From positions 32,001-96,000 of IMG/VR virus record IMGVR_UViG_2690316366_000001: 64,000 nucleotides of DNA; one strand, given 5' to 3'. Under the pieces are notes generated by a model that was given only the letters and a program-made list of their open reading frames with translations, made no database searches and was not told the origin of the DNA. Source of the DNA: a virus. Its lineage: Duplodnaviria > Caudoviricetes. Below, piece after piece: positions 9,231-18,334 of this stretch; the first letter of the stretch is position 1; the number at the start of each line of letters is the position of its first letter. Made by a program: the position numbers and the translations under genes.

Positions 9231-9838
9231 TCGGACGTGTTTACTTCGTGGAGTCCAACGGCCGCATCAAGATCGGGTATTCACGGAATGTCGAGGGGCG
9301 CGTCCGCGAGATGCAGGTGGGTTCTTCCGCCCGCCTGAACCTCCTGTGTGACGTATCCGGCAGTCGGTCGTTCGAGCGCGCTATCCATCTCGCGCTAGCA
9401 GCGCACAGGAAGAAGGGAGAGTGGTTCGACGATTGCAAGGAGGTTCGCGACACAATTGCGAACATCCAGCGGTCTGGTTACGCAGCAATCGGGTTTACCG
9501 ACGAGCCGGATGTCAACGAGACCTCACTGAGTCCGGCGAAGAAGGTCACTCGCGCCATCGTCAGGCAGGCTAAGGTATTCAGAACGAGAAAGGAGTTCGC
9601 TGACGCGGTTGGCTGTGCAAAGAGCACGGTAGACAATTGGAAGTCCGGGAAGCGCTCGATCGATATCGATGCCGTCATGCGGTTATTCGATACCGAGCAC
9701 GATGTCGAGTTTTTCGAGGCGCTCTGGAATTGCTTGCCTGAGCGGGTACGCGAGCGGTGGCTAGCTCGGCACCGTGCCAATCCAGTTTACGACGGCATCT
9801 ATGTCCGCCGCACCGAGCTTCAGGTGCCAGCGCGATGA
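9227..9838 (+). CDS. GIY-YIG (T5orf172-like) domain fused to HTH
   Basis: VYFVE...IKIGYS...R...E...H...GEWF; FADAVGCAKSTVDNWKSG. Confidence 0.8.
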   Translation: MIGRVYFVESNGRIKIGYSRNVEGRVREMQVGSSARLNLLCDVSGSRSFERAIHLALAAHRKKGEWFDDCKEVRDTIANIQRSGYAAIGFTDEPDVNETSLSPAKKVTRAIVRQAKVFRTRKEFADAVGCAKSTVDNWKSGKRSIDIDAVMRLFDTEHDVEFFEALWNCLPERVRERWLARHRANPVYDGIYVRRTELQVPAR

Positions 9839-10431
9839 CCGTACCTCCCACCTGGTCTGAAGATCGCGTTGAACGGCTCAAGAACCTTTGGGCGTCCGGC
9901 ATGTCATGCTCGCAGATCGCTGCCGAGCTCGGCAATGTCACCCGCAATGCAGTGATCGGAAAGGTCCATCGCCTTGGACTGCCTGGCAGGGCAGACGACC
10001 GAAGGGCGAAGGCCATCGAGGCGAAGCGCGCACCGCGATTGGGTTCGCCGATGCCCAAGCGCACTAAGGTTTTGCGGGCTGTTCTTTCCAATCCGAGCTC
10101 CGCGGAGGCGAAGCAGCCCGTGGAGGACCCCACCGCGGGCTACGCGAGCGCATTCGACGCCAGCGTTGCAGTGGAGCGCCGCAAGGGGCTGCTCGACCTT
10201 CGCGACGGCGATTGCAAATGGCCGATCGGCGATCCCACGACGCCTGACTTCTTCTTTTGCGGTGATGCGGCTGTGTCGGAACTGCCGTACTGCGGTCCCC
10301 ATTGTCGCGCGGCCTATCAGAGCGCTGGTCAGCGCGAGATCCGCATCACGTCCGAGGAGCGCGCCCGGCGTGTCGCATTGGGACAGCGTATGGCCGCGAT
10401 GAACCGCGCGAAGAGGGCGGCAGCATCATGA
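9835..10431 (+). CDS. gcrA: GcrA-family cell-cycle regulator
   Basis: WSEDRVERLKNLWASGMSCSQIAAELGNVTRNAVIGKVHRLGL; CKWPIGDP...FFFCG...PYCGPH. Confidence 0.92.
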   Translation: MTVPPTWSEDRVERLKNLWASGMSCSQIAAELGNVTRNAVIGKVHRLGLPGRADDRRAKAIEAKRAPRLGSPMPKRTKVLRAVLSNPSSAEAKQPVEDPTAGYASAFDASVAVERRKGLLDLRDGDCKWPIGDPTTPDFFFCGDAAVSELPYCGPHCRAAYQSAGQREIRITSEERARRVALGQRMAAMNRAKRAAAS

Positions 10432-10667
10432 AGCCAGCTGCCTCGACAATCATGAAAGACTACGCCCGCAAGGAATGCGTCGTGTCCTTGATGACGGTCG
10501 AGCATGCCGGCGGCAAAGACGTCGCCGCCATGGTGGTTGATGCACACCTTCAGGCCATCGCGGCCTATCTCATTAGGTCGATCGGCCGTCAGAAGGCCTA
10601 CAACGTCTTTGCCCGTTACGCCGATGAGGTGATCAAGCCGACCCTGCCGGCTGGAGGCTCAGAATGA
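10428..10667 (+). CDS. hypothetical protein
   Basis: ATGA-coupled ORF. Confidence 0.6.
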   Translation: MKPAASTIMKDYARKECVVSLMTVEHAGGKDVAAMVVDAHLQAIAAYLIRSIGRQKAYNVFARYADEVIKPTLPAGGSE

Positions 10668-11020
10668 TTGGGCTGACCAGCGTCCAGGCGCGGTGCGTCG
10701 AATTTGTGCGGCACCGGATCGATGCCTGCGGAGCCTCGCCCTCCTACCGTGAAATTGCAGACCATCTTGGCATTCGAGGCCGGGGCACGATCTCGCACTT
10801 GATCGACAGCATCGTGGAGCGCGGCGCGCTGCTACGGGAGCCCGGGAAGGCCCGCACGCTGAGCATCCCGGAACCGGGCATCGGTGATGGCTTCGTTGTC
10901 CGCCCGGTGCCGGAGGTTCGACGGGCAATCCGAGCCTACGCCAAAGAACATCGGATCTCGGAGCGCACGGCGGCCGAGGAAGCGTTGCGCGCATACTTCA
11001 TGGAGCCGACTGCACCATGA
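10664..11020 (+). CDS. LexA DNA-binding-domain protein (no peptidase domain)
   Basis: LTSVQ...SPSYREIADHLGI...IVERGALLREPGKARTL. Confidence 0.8.
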   Translation: MIGLTSVQARCVEFVRHRIDACGASPSYREIADHLGIRGRGTISHLIDSIVERGALLREPGKARTLSIPEPGIGDGFVVRPVPEVRRAIRAYAKEHRISERTAAEEALRAYFMEPTAP

Positions 11021-11640
11021 AGGACTTCTTCTTCGACCCGCTGCCGATGTTTGGCTTCGATATCTGCATCGTCGATCCGCCGACGGAATTCGAACTCTAT
11101 TCCTCAAAGGGGAACAAGAAGTCGGCGTCCGCTCAGTACGACATCTTGTCGTGGGACGAGCTTGGACAATTGCCGGTTGGTCACCTGGTTCGAAGCAATG
11201 GTGTCGTCGGTCTTTGGGCTTGTCCGCCGACCCTCGACAAGTCGATGTGGCTGCTGAAGCGCTGGGGCGCGCTCTACAAGACCGAGTTGGTTTGGCCGAA
11301 GGGGCGTGTCGGTACCGGGTACCGCGCCCGCGGGATGCACGAGTCCGTGTTGGTCGGGGTCTTCGGAAACGGAGAGCAGATCCATGATCCATTCTGGGGT
11401 GTGATCAAGGGCAAGGCTCGCGGCCATAGCCAGAAGCCTCGCGAATTCTACGAAATGATACGCGAGCGCACGCCTGGACTGGCGCGCTGCGACCTTTTCT
11501 CGCGCGAGACGCATGAGGGGTTTGTCCCCTGGGGCAACGAGGTCGGCAAATACGACGACGGCCGCCGGCCTGAGCGCCGGCAGAAGGAAAAGATAATCGC
11601 CCCGACGCCGCTGTTCGACTTGCTCGAGGTCGCGGCATGA
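11017..11640 (+). CDS. MT-A70 family adenine methyltransferase
   Basis: VDPPT motif (DPPW variant), GTGY, HSQKP, DLFSRE, WGNE. Confidence 0.85.
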   Translation: MKDFFFDPLPMFGFDICIVDPPTEFELYSSKGNKKSASAQYDILSWDELGQLPVGHLVRSNGVVGLWACPPTLDKSMWLLKRWGALYKTELVWPKGRVGTGYRARGMHESVLVGVFGNGEQIHDPFWGVIKGKARGHSQKPREFYEMIRERTPGLARCDLFSRETHEGFVPWGNEVGKYDDGRRPERRQKEKIIAPTPLFDLLEVAA

Positions 11641-12518
11641 GGGCGCGCACTATCGACCACGACCAGGTGAGGGCGCTGCACGCGGAGAACCTGACCGTTC
11701 CGCAGATCAAGGCACGCGTCGGCGGATCGCCAGCCTATCTCCGCCTCATCATCAAGGGGAAGGTCGGCATCAAACCGACGAACATTTCGCGGCAGTCCGC
11801 ACTGTCGCTGGCCGGTCGACCCGCGAAGATCCCGGCGTTTGACACTTCCGCGATCGTGGAGGGGCGGACGGTCTATCGTTCGACCGTGGTCGACCCGGGG
11901 TCATACGGTTTTGACGTCCTCAAGAGCGGCTTCAATAGCTCGAAGATCGGCAAGGCCGTCACCAAGGGCCGCTGGAAAGGCTTCCCGATCTACACCCTGA
12001 CGCTCGAGGAGCGCGCGACGTGCCCGCTATCCTGCCGGCATTGGCGTTCCTGCTACGGCAATTCAATGCAGCACGCGCACCGGCTCGCCCGCGGCGCCGC
12101 GCTGGAAGCCCGGCTGGAGCAGGAGGTCCGAGCGCTCGGCCGCAGGCATCGTCGCGGTTTCGTGGTGCGGCTTCACGTCCTGGGCGACTTCTATTCGGTT
12201 GCGTATGTCGCGCTTTGGCAGCGTCTCCTCGCCGAAGTGCCGCAGTTGCACGTCTTCGGTTTCTCTGCGCGCTGGGACGCCGAGCGCGATCCTATCGCCG
12301 CGGCGCTCGTACGCCTGGTGTTGGCGAAATGGAATCGCTTTGCCATCCGTTTCTCCGACGCCCCGATCGACGAATGCTCGACCGTATCGGTTGAGACGCC
12401 GCTGCAGGCACCAGCGGAAGCGATCGTGTGCCCTCAGCAGCTCGGCCGGACCGTGGCTTGCGCGACTTGCGGCCTCTGCTGGCAATCGAAAAGGCCCGTC
12501 GCCTTCATCACCCACTGA
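11637..12518 (+). CDS. Gp88-like phage protein with N-terminal HTH
   Basis: NSSKIGK...TCPLSC..W..CYG; RLHVLGDFYS; CATCGLCW. Confidence 0.6.
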   Translation: MRARTIDHDQVRALHAENLTVPQIKARVGGSPAYLRLIIKGKVGIKPTNISRQSALSLAGRPAKIPAFDTSAIVEGRTVYRSTVVDPGSYGFDVLKSGFNSSKIGKAVTKGRWKGFPIYTLTLEERATCPLSCRHWRSCYGNSMQHAHRLARGAALEARLEQEVRALGRRHRRGFVVRLHVLGDFYSVAYVALWQRLLAEVPQLHVFGFSARWDAERDPIAAALVRLVLAKWNRFAIRFSDAPIDECSTVSVETPLQAPAEAIVCPQQLGRTVACATCGLCWQSKRPVAFITH

Positions 12519-12535
12519 CAACAAGAGGAACCCCA

Positions 12536-13096
12536 ATGTCGAAGCCCAACGAACCTGCCCAAGCCGCCCTCGATTCCGCGAACCTTTCACGTATTCGCAA
12601 CGCGCAGGCAGAAGCTGCCGCGCAGAACGAGGTCAATAACACCGCGAAGAATAAGTTGCGCGGGACATACGCCCAGACCCAGGCGCAAGGCCTGCATAAC
12701 GAAGCTGCCAAGCTGGCGCTGGATCTCGTCGAGGGCGGTGACGAAGCCATCGACGAGTTTTGCGAGAAGGTCCGGAAGGCAGGCGTCTACGTCGGGTATC
12801 TCGGCAAGGTGCTTAGCCCGAGACAGTTCGAACTGTTCGGCATGGCCGGCGTCGGCCCGACGCCCGAGGACGAGAGGGCAAAGCTCGAGGGCCGCGCCGC
12901 CGGCTTCCGTCTCGATAGCGAGCCCGGCTCGAAAGAAACCGACAACCCATACGAAATCGGCTCGCTCAAGGGACAGGCGTGGCTTTCCGCATTCCGCGAT
13001 GCGCGCTCGGAGCGAGATCACGTCCTGTCGATGCCGGCGCCTGCGACCGAAGGCGAGAAGGGTGGAGCCAGCGATGCCGAAGAGGGCAAGGCCTGA
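12536..13096 (+). CDS. hypothetical protein with Rmf-like C-terminal motif
   Basis: AKLEGRAAG...NPYEIGSLKGQAWL; GAGG RBS. Confidence 0.6.
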   Translation: MSKPNEPAQAALDSANLSRIRNAQAEAAAQNEVNNTAKNKLRGTYAQTQAQGLHNEAAKLALDLVEGGDEAIDEFCEKVRKAGVYVGYLGKVLSPRQFELFGMAGVGPTPEDERAKLEGRAAGFRLDSEPGSKETDNPYEIGSLKGQAWLSAFRDARSERDHVLSMPAPATEGEKGGASDAEEGKA

Positions 13097-13148
13097 TTGA
13101 GGCGACCGGCAGCAATTCCGCAGCCGGTAAACGTCAAGGAGAGAGACC

Positions 13149-13337
13149 ATGAAGAGTAAGCCGTTCCTGTACGAGCTCAAATCGACCGTGAAGATGGTCG
13201 AGAGCAACGAGCAGGGCACTGTGATCGGCCGTGCCGAATATCTCAGCCATGCCAACAGCTATCTCGTCCGGTACCGGTCTGGCGACAACCGGCAGACCGA
13301 AGCGTGGTTCGACGAGTCCGCGATCGAGGCGGCGTGA
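13149..13337 (+). CDS. small SH3-like hypothetical protein
   Basis: GTVIGRAEY...YLVRY...EAWFDE; AGGAG RBS. Confidence 0.65.
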   Translation: MKSKPFLYELKSTVKMVESNEQGTVIGRAEYLSHANSYLVRYRSGDNRQTEAWFDESAIEAA

Positions 13338-13342
13338 CCACA

Positions 13343-13915
13343 ATGAAGATCCTGGGCTTAGATATCGCGACGACAACGGGCATCACGCTGCTCGACGGCG
13401 ATCGCTATGTCTTTGCCCGGGCATTCCATTGGGACGGCAAGAATTCAGGGCAGGTGTTCCGGCATTTCCGGAAGACGCTATACCAGATCATCCAGGACAA
13501 CGCGGTCAAGTACGTGGCTGCGGAGGAACCGCTTCGTACCGATATCGAGCTCAAGGGCAAGCCGACCGAGGAAAACCCGGAGCCGGAGCCAACCCGGCCT
13601 CCGATGAAGACGTTCCAGCGGATCTACGGTCTGTGCGCGATCGCCGAGGAAACCTGCGCCGCCCATGACGTCCCGTTCATTTACGTCAATCAAGGCACTT
13701 GGCGGAAGGCCTTCACCGGCAGCGGCCGCGCGACCAAAGACACGTCCCTCGGATTCGCGCAACTGATCGACAAAACCATCACCTCATACGACGCCGCCGA
13801 GAGCCTCGGCGTGGCCTGGTGGCTGCGCGGCCACCTCGATCCGCACTTCGCAGCGCCGCGCGGCGACCTCTTCGAACCGACACTCACCCCATCTCGAAAG
13901 GAGACCCCGTTTTGA
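13343..13915 (+). CDS. RuvC-like Holliday junction resolvase
   Basis: MKILGLDIATTTG; AAEEP; TWRKAFTGSGRATK; DAAESLG. Confidence 0.8.
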   Translation: MKILGLDIATTTGITLLDGDRYVFARAFHWDGKNSGQVFRHFRKTLYQIIQDNAVKYVAAEEPLRTDIELKGKPTEENPEPEPTRPPMKTFQRIYGLCAIAEETCAAHDVPFIYVNQGTWRKAFTGSGRATKDTSLGFAQLIDKTITSYDAAESLGVAWWLRGHLDPHFAAPRGDLFEPTLTPSRKETPF

Positions 13916-15024
13916 AAGCCGTCATGGAACAAGCCGCGCTCGCAAAGCTGCTCGGCCGCGTCGCGCGCGCCGTGGAGCAGCGCAACACCATTCCAATCTT
14001 GAGCAACGTCCTGATCGATATCAGTCAGGATAAGTTGAGCGTCAAGGCCACCGACCTTGACCTCGAGGTCATCGACTCGATCAGCGCCGAGGTGGCCGAG
14101 AAAGGCAGCACGACGGTGCCGGCCAGGCTCTTCCATGACATCGTCCGGAAGATGCCCGCCGGCTCGCAGGTGGTGCTGGAGCAGACCGGGGACTCTACTG
14201 CAATCGTCAAGTCGGGCCGCTCTCGGTTCACGCTCCAGACCTTGCCGGTGAGCGATTATCCGAACCTCTCGGCCGATGACCTCAATGTCAGTTTCACCGT
14301 CGCCGGGAAGGATCTGCGGCGGCTGGTCGATCGGGCGGCGTTCGCGATCTCGACGGAAGAGACCCGCTACTACCTCAACGGCATCTATCTGCATGCCGTG
14401 AAACAGGGGAATGTCGCGACCCTGCGAGCGGTCGCCACCGACGGGCATCGCCTCGCCCAGGTCGAGTATCCCTTGCCGGAGGGCGCAGAGGACCTAAAGG
14501 GGATCATCGTGCCCCGGAAAACGGTCGGCGAAATCACGCGTCTCTTTGACGCTGGCGAGAACGAAATCCTCGTCGAGGCCTCCAGCAGCAAGATCCGATT
14601 CTCGGGCAGCGACCTAGTGCTGACATCGAAGCTGATCGACGGCACTTTCCCGGACTACGGTCGTGTGATCCCGGTCAACAACGACAAAAAGATCGCGGTC
14701 GTCTGCAAGGACATGCTCGCCGCCACGGATCGCGTTGCCACGATCTCCAGTGAGAGAGGCCGCGCCGTGAAGATGACCCTTGGTGCCGGCAAGATAACCC
14801 TTAGCTGTCAAAACCCGGACGCTGGCACGGCCACCGACGAGTTGGAGGCCGAGTACGCTGGGGACGGAATGGATATCGGTTTCAACAGCCGGTACCTGCA
14901 CGACATTTTCACGCAGATCCAGGGCGATACCGTGAAGCTGGATCTCGGCGACCCGGGTTCGCCGGCGCTGCTGCGCGGCACCGACGAGTCGATCCTCTAC
15001 GTCCTCATGCCGATGAGGGTGTAG
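13912..15024 (+). CDS. dnaN: DNA polymerase III beta clamp
   Basis: RNTIPILSNV, ATDLD, EETRYYLNG, VATDGHRL, SKLIDGTFPDY, GFNSRY, YVLMPMRV. Confidence 0.97.
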   Translation: MKAVMEQAALAKLLGRVARAVEQRNTIPILSNVLIDISQDKLSVKATDLDLEVIDSISAEVAEKGSTTVPARLFHDIVRKMPAGSQVVLEQTGDSTAIVKSGRSRFTLQTLPVSDYPNLSADDLNVSFTVAGKDLRRLVDRAAFAISTEETRYYLNGIYLHAVKQGNVATLRAVATDGHRLAQVEYPLPEGAEDLKGIIVPRKTVGEITRLFDAGENEILVEASSSKIRFSGSDLVLTSKLIDGTFPDYGRVIPVNNDKKIAVVCKDMLAATDRVATISSERGRAVKMTLGAGKITLSCQNPDAGTATDELEAEYAGDGMDIGFNSRYLHDIFTQIQGDTVKLDLGDPGSPALLRGTDESILYVLMPMRV

Positions 15025-15027
15025 CCG

Positions 15028-15255
15028 ATGGCGATCATCAAGCACGATGAGCGCAAGCTGGAAGCCGAACTGCTGCGCATTTTCAGAAGTCACGGCGTGC
15101 CGGCGCTGAACATCGAGGGCCTTCAGCACATTGGTCTGATCTCCGTCCGACAGGTCGGAGACAAGGGCGGCCCATATGTGCCGGGCGCGCCCCCGAATTC
15201 GGCGGCGATCGCGGTACCGACGCTGGTGCGGGACATCTTGGAGGCGCTGAGTTGA
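15028..15255 (+). CDS. hypothetical protein
   Basis: Closely packed in-operon ORF. Confidence 0.55.
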   Translation: MAIIKHDERKLEAELLRIFRSHGVPALNIEGLQHIGLISVRQVGDKGGPYVPGAPPNSAAIAVPTLVRDILEALS

Positions 15256-17177
15256 GCCGCCGCAAGATCCTCGTTGCTGACCTTCTCTGCGGCGCCGGTG
15301 GTTCGTCCACCGGCTGCGCGCGGGCTCTCGCTGAGCTCGGGCTCGAGATGGAATTGGTCTGCGTCAATCATTGGGGCGTCGCGATCGAGACGCACAAGAA
15401 GAACCATCCGCTCGCCCGCCATTATTGCGAAGATATCGCCGCGGTGCGTCCGCACATTATCGTGCCGGAGGGATATCTCGACCTGCTGATGGCGTCGCCG
15501 ACGTGCACCCATCACTCCGTCGCGCGCGGCGGCAAGCCGACTTCGGACCAGCAGCGCTCCGACCCGTGGCACATCATCACCTGGCTGACCGAACTTCGCG
15601 TCAAGCGGCTGATTATCGAGAACGTCTGGGAATTCGTGGGGTGGGGCCCGGTCGATCCGCGCACCGGCAAGCCGATCAAATGCCGGAAGGGCGAGTATTT
15701 CGCGCTCTGGATCGACACCATCCGCCGGCTGGGTTTCGACCCCGAATGGCGAAAGTTGAACGCCGCCAATTACGGCGACGCGACCACCCGGCAGAGGTTC
15801 ATCCTGAAGGCGCGCATCGACCGCAAGATGGTCGCCTGGGCGCCGCTGACCCATGCCAAGAGGGCCGAAGATACGTTGCTGTTCCCGGGCATGAAGCCGT
15901 GGAAGCCGGCCCGCGAAATCATCGATTGGGACATCAAGGGCCGCTCGATCTTCGACCGGAAGAAACCCCTCGCGCCGAAGACGCTGGCCCGCATCTACGC
16001 CGGCGCCGTCAAGTTCAAGTGGCCTGAGCCGTTTCTCGTCGTCCTGCGCAATCACATGGGCGGCCGGAGCCTGGACCAGCCGCTGCCGACCGTCGCGGCC
16101 AACGGCACTCACATCGCGCTCGCCGAGCCGATCTTGCTGAAGCAGAATTTCAGGCGGGATGCGCAGTGCGTCAATGACCCGGCGCCGACCGTGATGACAC
16201 AGGCTCGAATTGGGCTCGCCGAGCCGCTCGTCCTGGCAACCGGTAGCGGCGCGGCCCGTCCGACGAACGATCCGTTACCCACGATTACCACCGGCGGCGC
16301 TGGATCTGATGACCCCGGCTGCGCGCGGCCGATGCTGGTCGAGCCGTTCATCCTCAACCGCCACGGCGACGGCTATGCCGAGTCTCGGGCGCATTCGCTG
16401 GGCGATCCGGCGCCGACCGCAAACTGTGACGGTGGCGGGTACCTGGTTGAGCCGTTCATGCTGTCTCGTCATGCCGGCGGAGCGCCGCGATCGGTCGACG
16501 ACCCGACGCCGACCCAGGTCGCGAAGCAGAGCCACGTCCTGATATCGCCGTACTACGGTTCGGGATCCGGAGAGACCTGCAAAAGCGCCGAGGAGCCTCT
16601 GGACACCGTCACGTCGAAGGGGCGCTTCGGCATGGTGGTGCCGGTCACCCATACCCAGGGCGGCAATGTGGCGCGCGATCTCGGAGAGCCGCTGCCGACG
16701 CTGACGACGGCGAAGGGCGGCGAGTTCGCCATGGTCATGCCGGTCACCCATCACGATAACAGCGACCGCGTCAGGGACCTGGCCGAGCCGATCCCGACCG
16801 TCACGACAGCCAACCGCGGCGAGCTCGCCTTCATCGCGGCCCAGTTTGGCGAACGGGCAGGGCAGGCACCACGGGTGCACGACATCGCCGGGCCGACCCC
16901 TGCGATCACTGCCACGGGCCACATCAACCTCGTCGAGGCGACCCCACAGTACGACATCCTCTTCCGAATGCTTGAGCCGCACGAGCTCGCCGCGGCAATG
17001 GGCTTCAACGAAGATGAAGCCGAGTACGAGTTCGCTGGTACCAAGACCCAGAAGATCAAGCAAATAGGGAATGCCGTTTCGGTTTCGCTGATGAAGGCCG
17101 AGGTCTCCGCGATCATGTCGGATGCCGCCGTCTTGTCCAAAGTTGAGTCGCCGGCGAAACGTCGCGCGAGTGCCTGA
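15252..17177 (+). CDS. C5 DNA cytosine methyltransferase with repetitive TRD region
   Basis: DLLCGAGG, ASPTC, IENV, RQRF, KQIGNAV; about 8 internal P(L/A)PT(V/I/L)T-type repeats. Confidence 0.92.
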   Translation: MSRRKILVADLLCGAGGSSTGCARALAELGLEMELVCVNHWGVAIETHKKNHPLARHYCEDIAAVRPHIIVPEGYLDLLMASPTCTHHSVARGGKPTSDQQRSDPWHIITWLTELRVKRLIIENVWEFVGWGPVDPRTGKPIKCRKGEYFALWIDTIRRLGFDPEWRKLNAANYGDATTRQRFILKARIDRKMVAWAPLTHAKRAEDTLLFPGMKPWKPAREIIDWDIKGRSIFDRKKPLAPKTLARIYAGAVKFKWPEPFLVVLRNHMGGRSLDQPLPTVAANGTHIALAEPILLKQNFRRDAQCVNDPAPTVMTQARIGLAEPLVLATGSGAARPTNDPLPTITTGGAGSDDPGCARPMLVEPFILNRHGDGYAESRAHSLGDPAPTANCDGGGYLVEPFMLSRHAGGAPRSVDDPTPTQVAKQSHVLISPYYGSGSGETCKSAEEPLDTVTSKGRFGMVVPVTHTQGGNVARDLGEPLPTLTTAKGGEFAMVMPVTHHDNSDRVRDLAEPIPTVTTANRGELAFIAAQFGERAGQAPRVHDIAGPTPAITATGHINLVEATPQYDILFRMLEPHELAAAMGFNEDEAEYEFAGTKTQKIKQIGNAVSVSLMKAEVSAIMSDAAVLSKVESPAKRRASA

Positions 17178-17987
17178 ATGGCAAAGCCGAAACCATTCGC
17201 CTCCGAAGTCGAACTGTGCAAGCGGTTCATCTCCTCGCTGCCCGAGGGATGGACCGCTTACGCCGAGTCCTGTGGCTGGGACATCCTGCTGGTGCGGGAT
17301 GCCGACGGCTTCCAGATTGGCGTCGAGGCAAAGCTCCGGCTCAATACCGAGGTGATCAGCCAGGCGCTCGAGGAGTATGGTGCTTACTCCGCTGATCGCG
17401 AGGGGCCGGATTGTCGCGGTGTGCTCGTCCCCGCGGACTCGCAAGGTGGGTTTGACCGCATCTGCGATTACATCGGTCTCACCATCATCTATGTTCGGTC
17501 GGAGGAGCAGGTCGAGGCCAAGAAGACTTACTACGGCTATAAGCCTAGGGTCTTCGAGCCGCCATTGCCCGGCGATCCGCACCGCGGCAGCAACAGTAAC
17601 TGGTACGAATGGGCTCCGGCCAAGCGTCACACCTTGCCGGATTATGTGCCGGACGTTGATGCCGGCGCGCCATCACCGGTGCAACTGACAAGCTGGAAGA
17701 TCGCGGCGATCAAGATCGCGATCATCCTGGAGAAGCGCGGCTTCCTCGTCCGTGCCGACTTCAAGCACATCAATATCGATCACCGCCGTTGGCTGCCTTC
17801 CGGCGCCGGCTGGCTGGTGCTCGACAATGGAGTGTACCGCGGGGCGCCAGGCTTCCCGGATTTCAAGGCGCAGCACCCGCGCGTATGGGACCAGATAGCC
17901 GCCGACTTCGAGCGCTGGAAACCCACCGATCCGCTGGCCCCGCGGCCGGCCGCTAAACCTGTGCCGAAGCAGGAGACCTTGCTGTGA
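17178..17987 (+). CDS. hypothetical protein, possible PD-(D/E)XK nuclease
   Basis: WDILLV...IGVEAKL motif. Confidence 0.55.
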   Translation: MAKPKPFASEVELCKRFISSLPEGWTAYAESCGWDILLVRDADGFQIGVEAKLRLNTEVISQALEEYGAYSADREGPDCRGVLVPADSQGGFDRICDYIGLTIIYVRSEEQVEAKKTYYGYKPRVFEPPLPGDPHRGSNSNWYEWAPAKRHTLPDYVPDVDAGAPSPVQLTSWKIAAIKIAIILEKRGFLVRADFKHINIDHRRWLPSGAGWLVLDNGVYRGAPGFPDFKAQHPRVWDQIAADFERWKPTDPLAPRPAAKPVPKQETLL

Positions 17988-18334
17988 AACGGATCGGCTG
18001 CTGCATTCCAGGTTGCGGGCGCACCTTCAAGCGCGAGGCCGGCGACGCCGAGGGTGTGATGATCATGTGCGGTCGTCACTGGCATATGGGCGACGTCGCC
18101 ATGCGGAATCGCCACAAGCAGTTGCGCGCGCGGGCGAGGTGGTTCCAGCGCCGCTATGACAAGCGCGGCAACGCAATCGAGCGGTCGCCGAAGCGCGCCA
18201 AGTTTTTCAACGCATGGAGGCGGACATGGACCGAATGCAATGCGCTCTTTGAGCGGATAAAGGACGACGTCGCGATCAAAGCGTCATTCGGCGCCGAGGA
18301 CGCGCCGCGCCGCCGGCCGAAGGTTGAGGCATGA
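17984..18334 (+). CDS. hypothetical Cys/His protein
   Basis: CCIPGCGRT...CGRHW; coupled to neighbours. Confidence 0.65.
   Translation: MKRIGCCIPGCGRTFKREAGDAEGVMIMCGRHWHMGDVAMRNRHKQLRARARWFQRRYDKRGNAIERSPKRAKFFNAWRRTWTECNALFERIKDDVAIKASFGAEDAPRRRPKVEA

Noticed and set aside
16060-16920. Repeats within the C5 methyltransferase as DGR or other DNA repeats
   Set aside because: They are degenerate protein-level PxPT repeats; there is no reverse transcriptase or adenine-specific variation.
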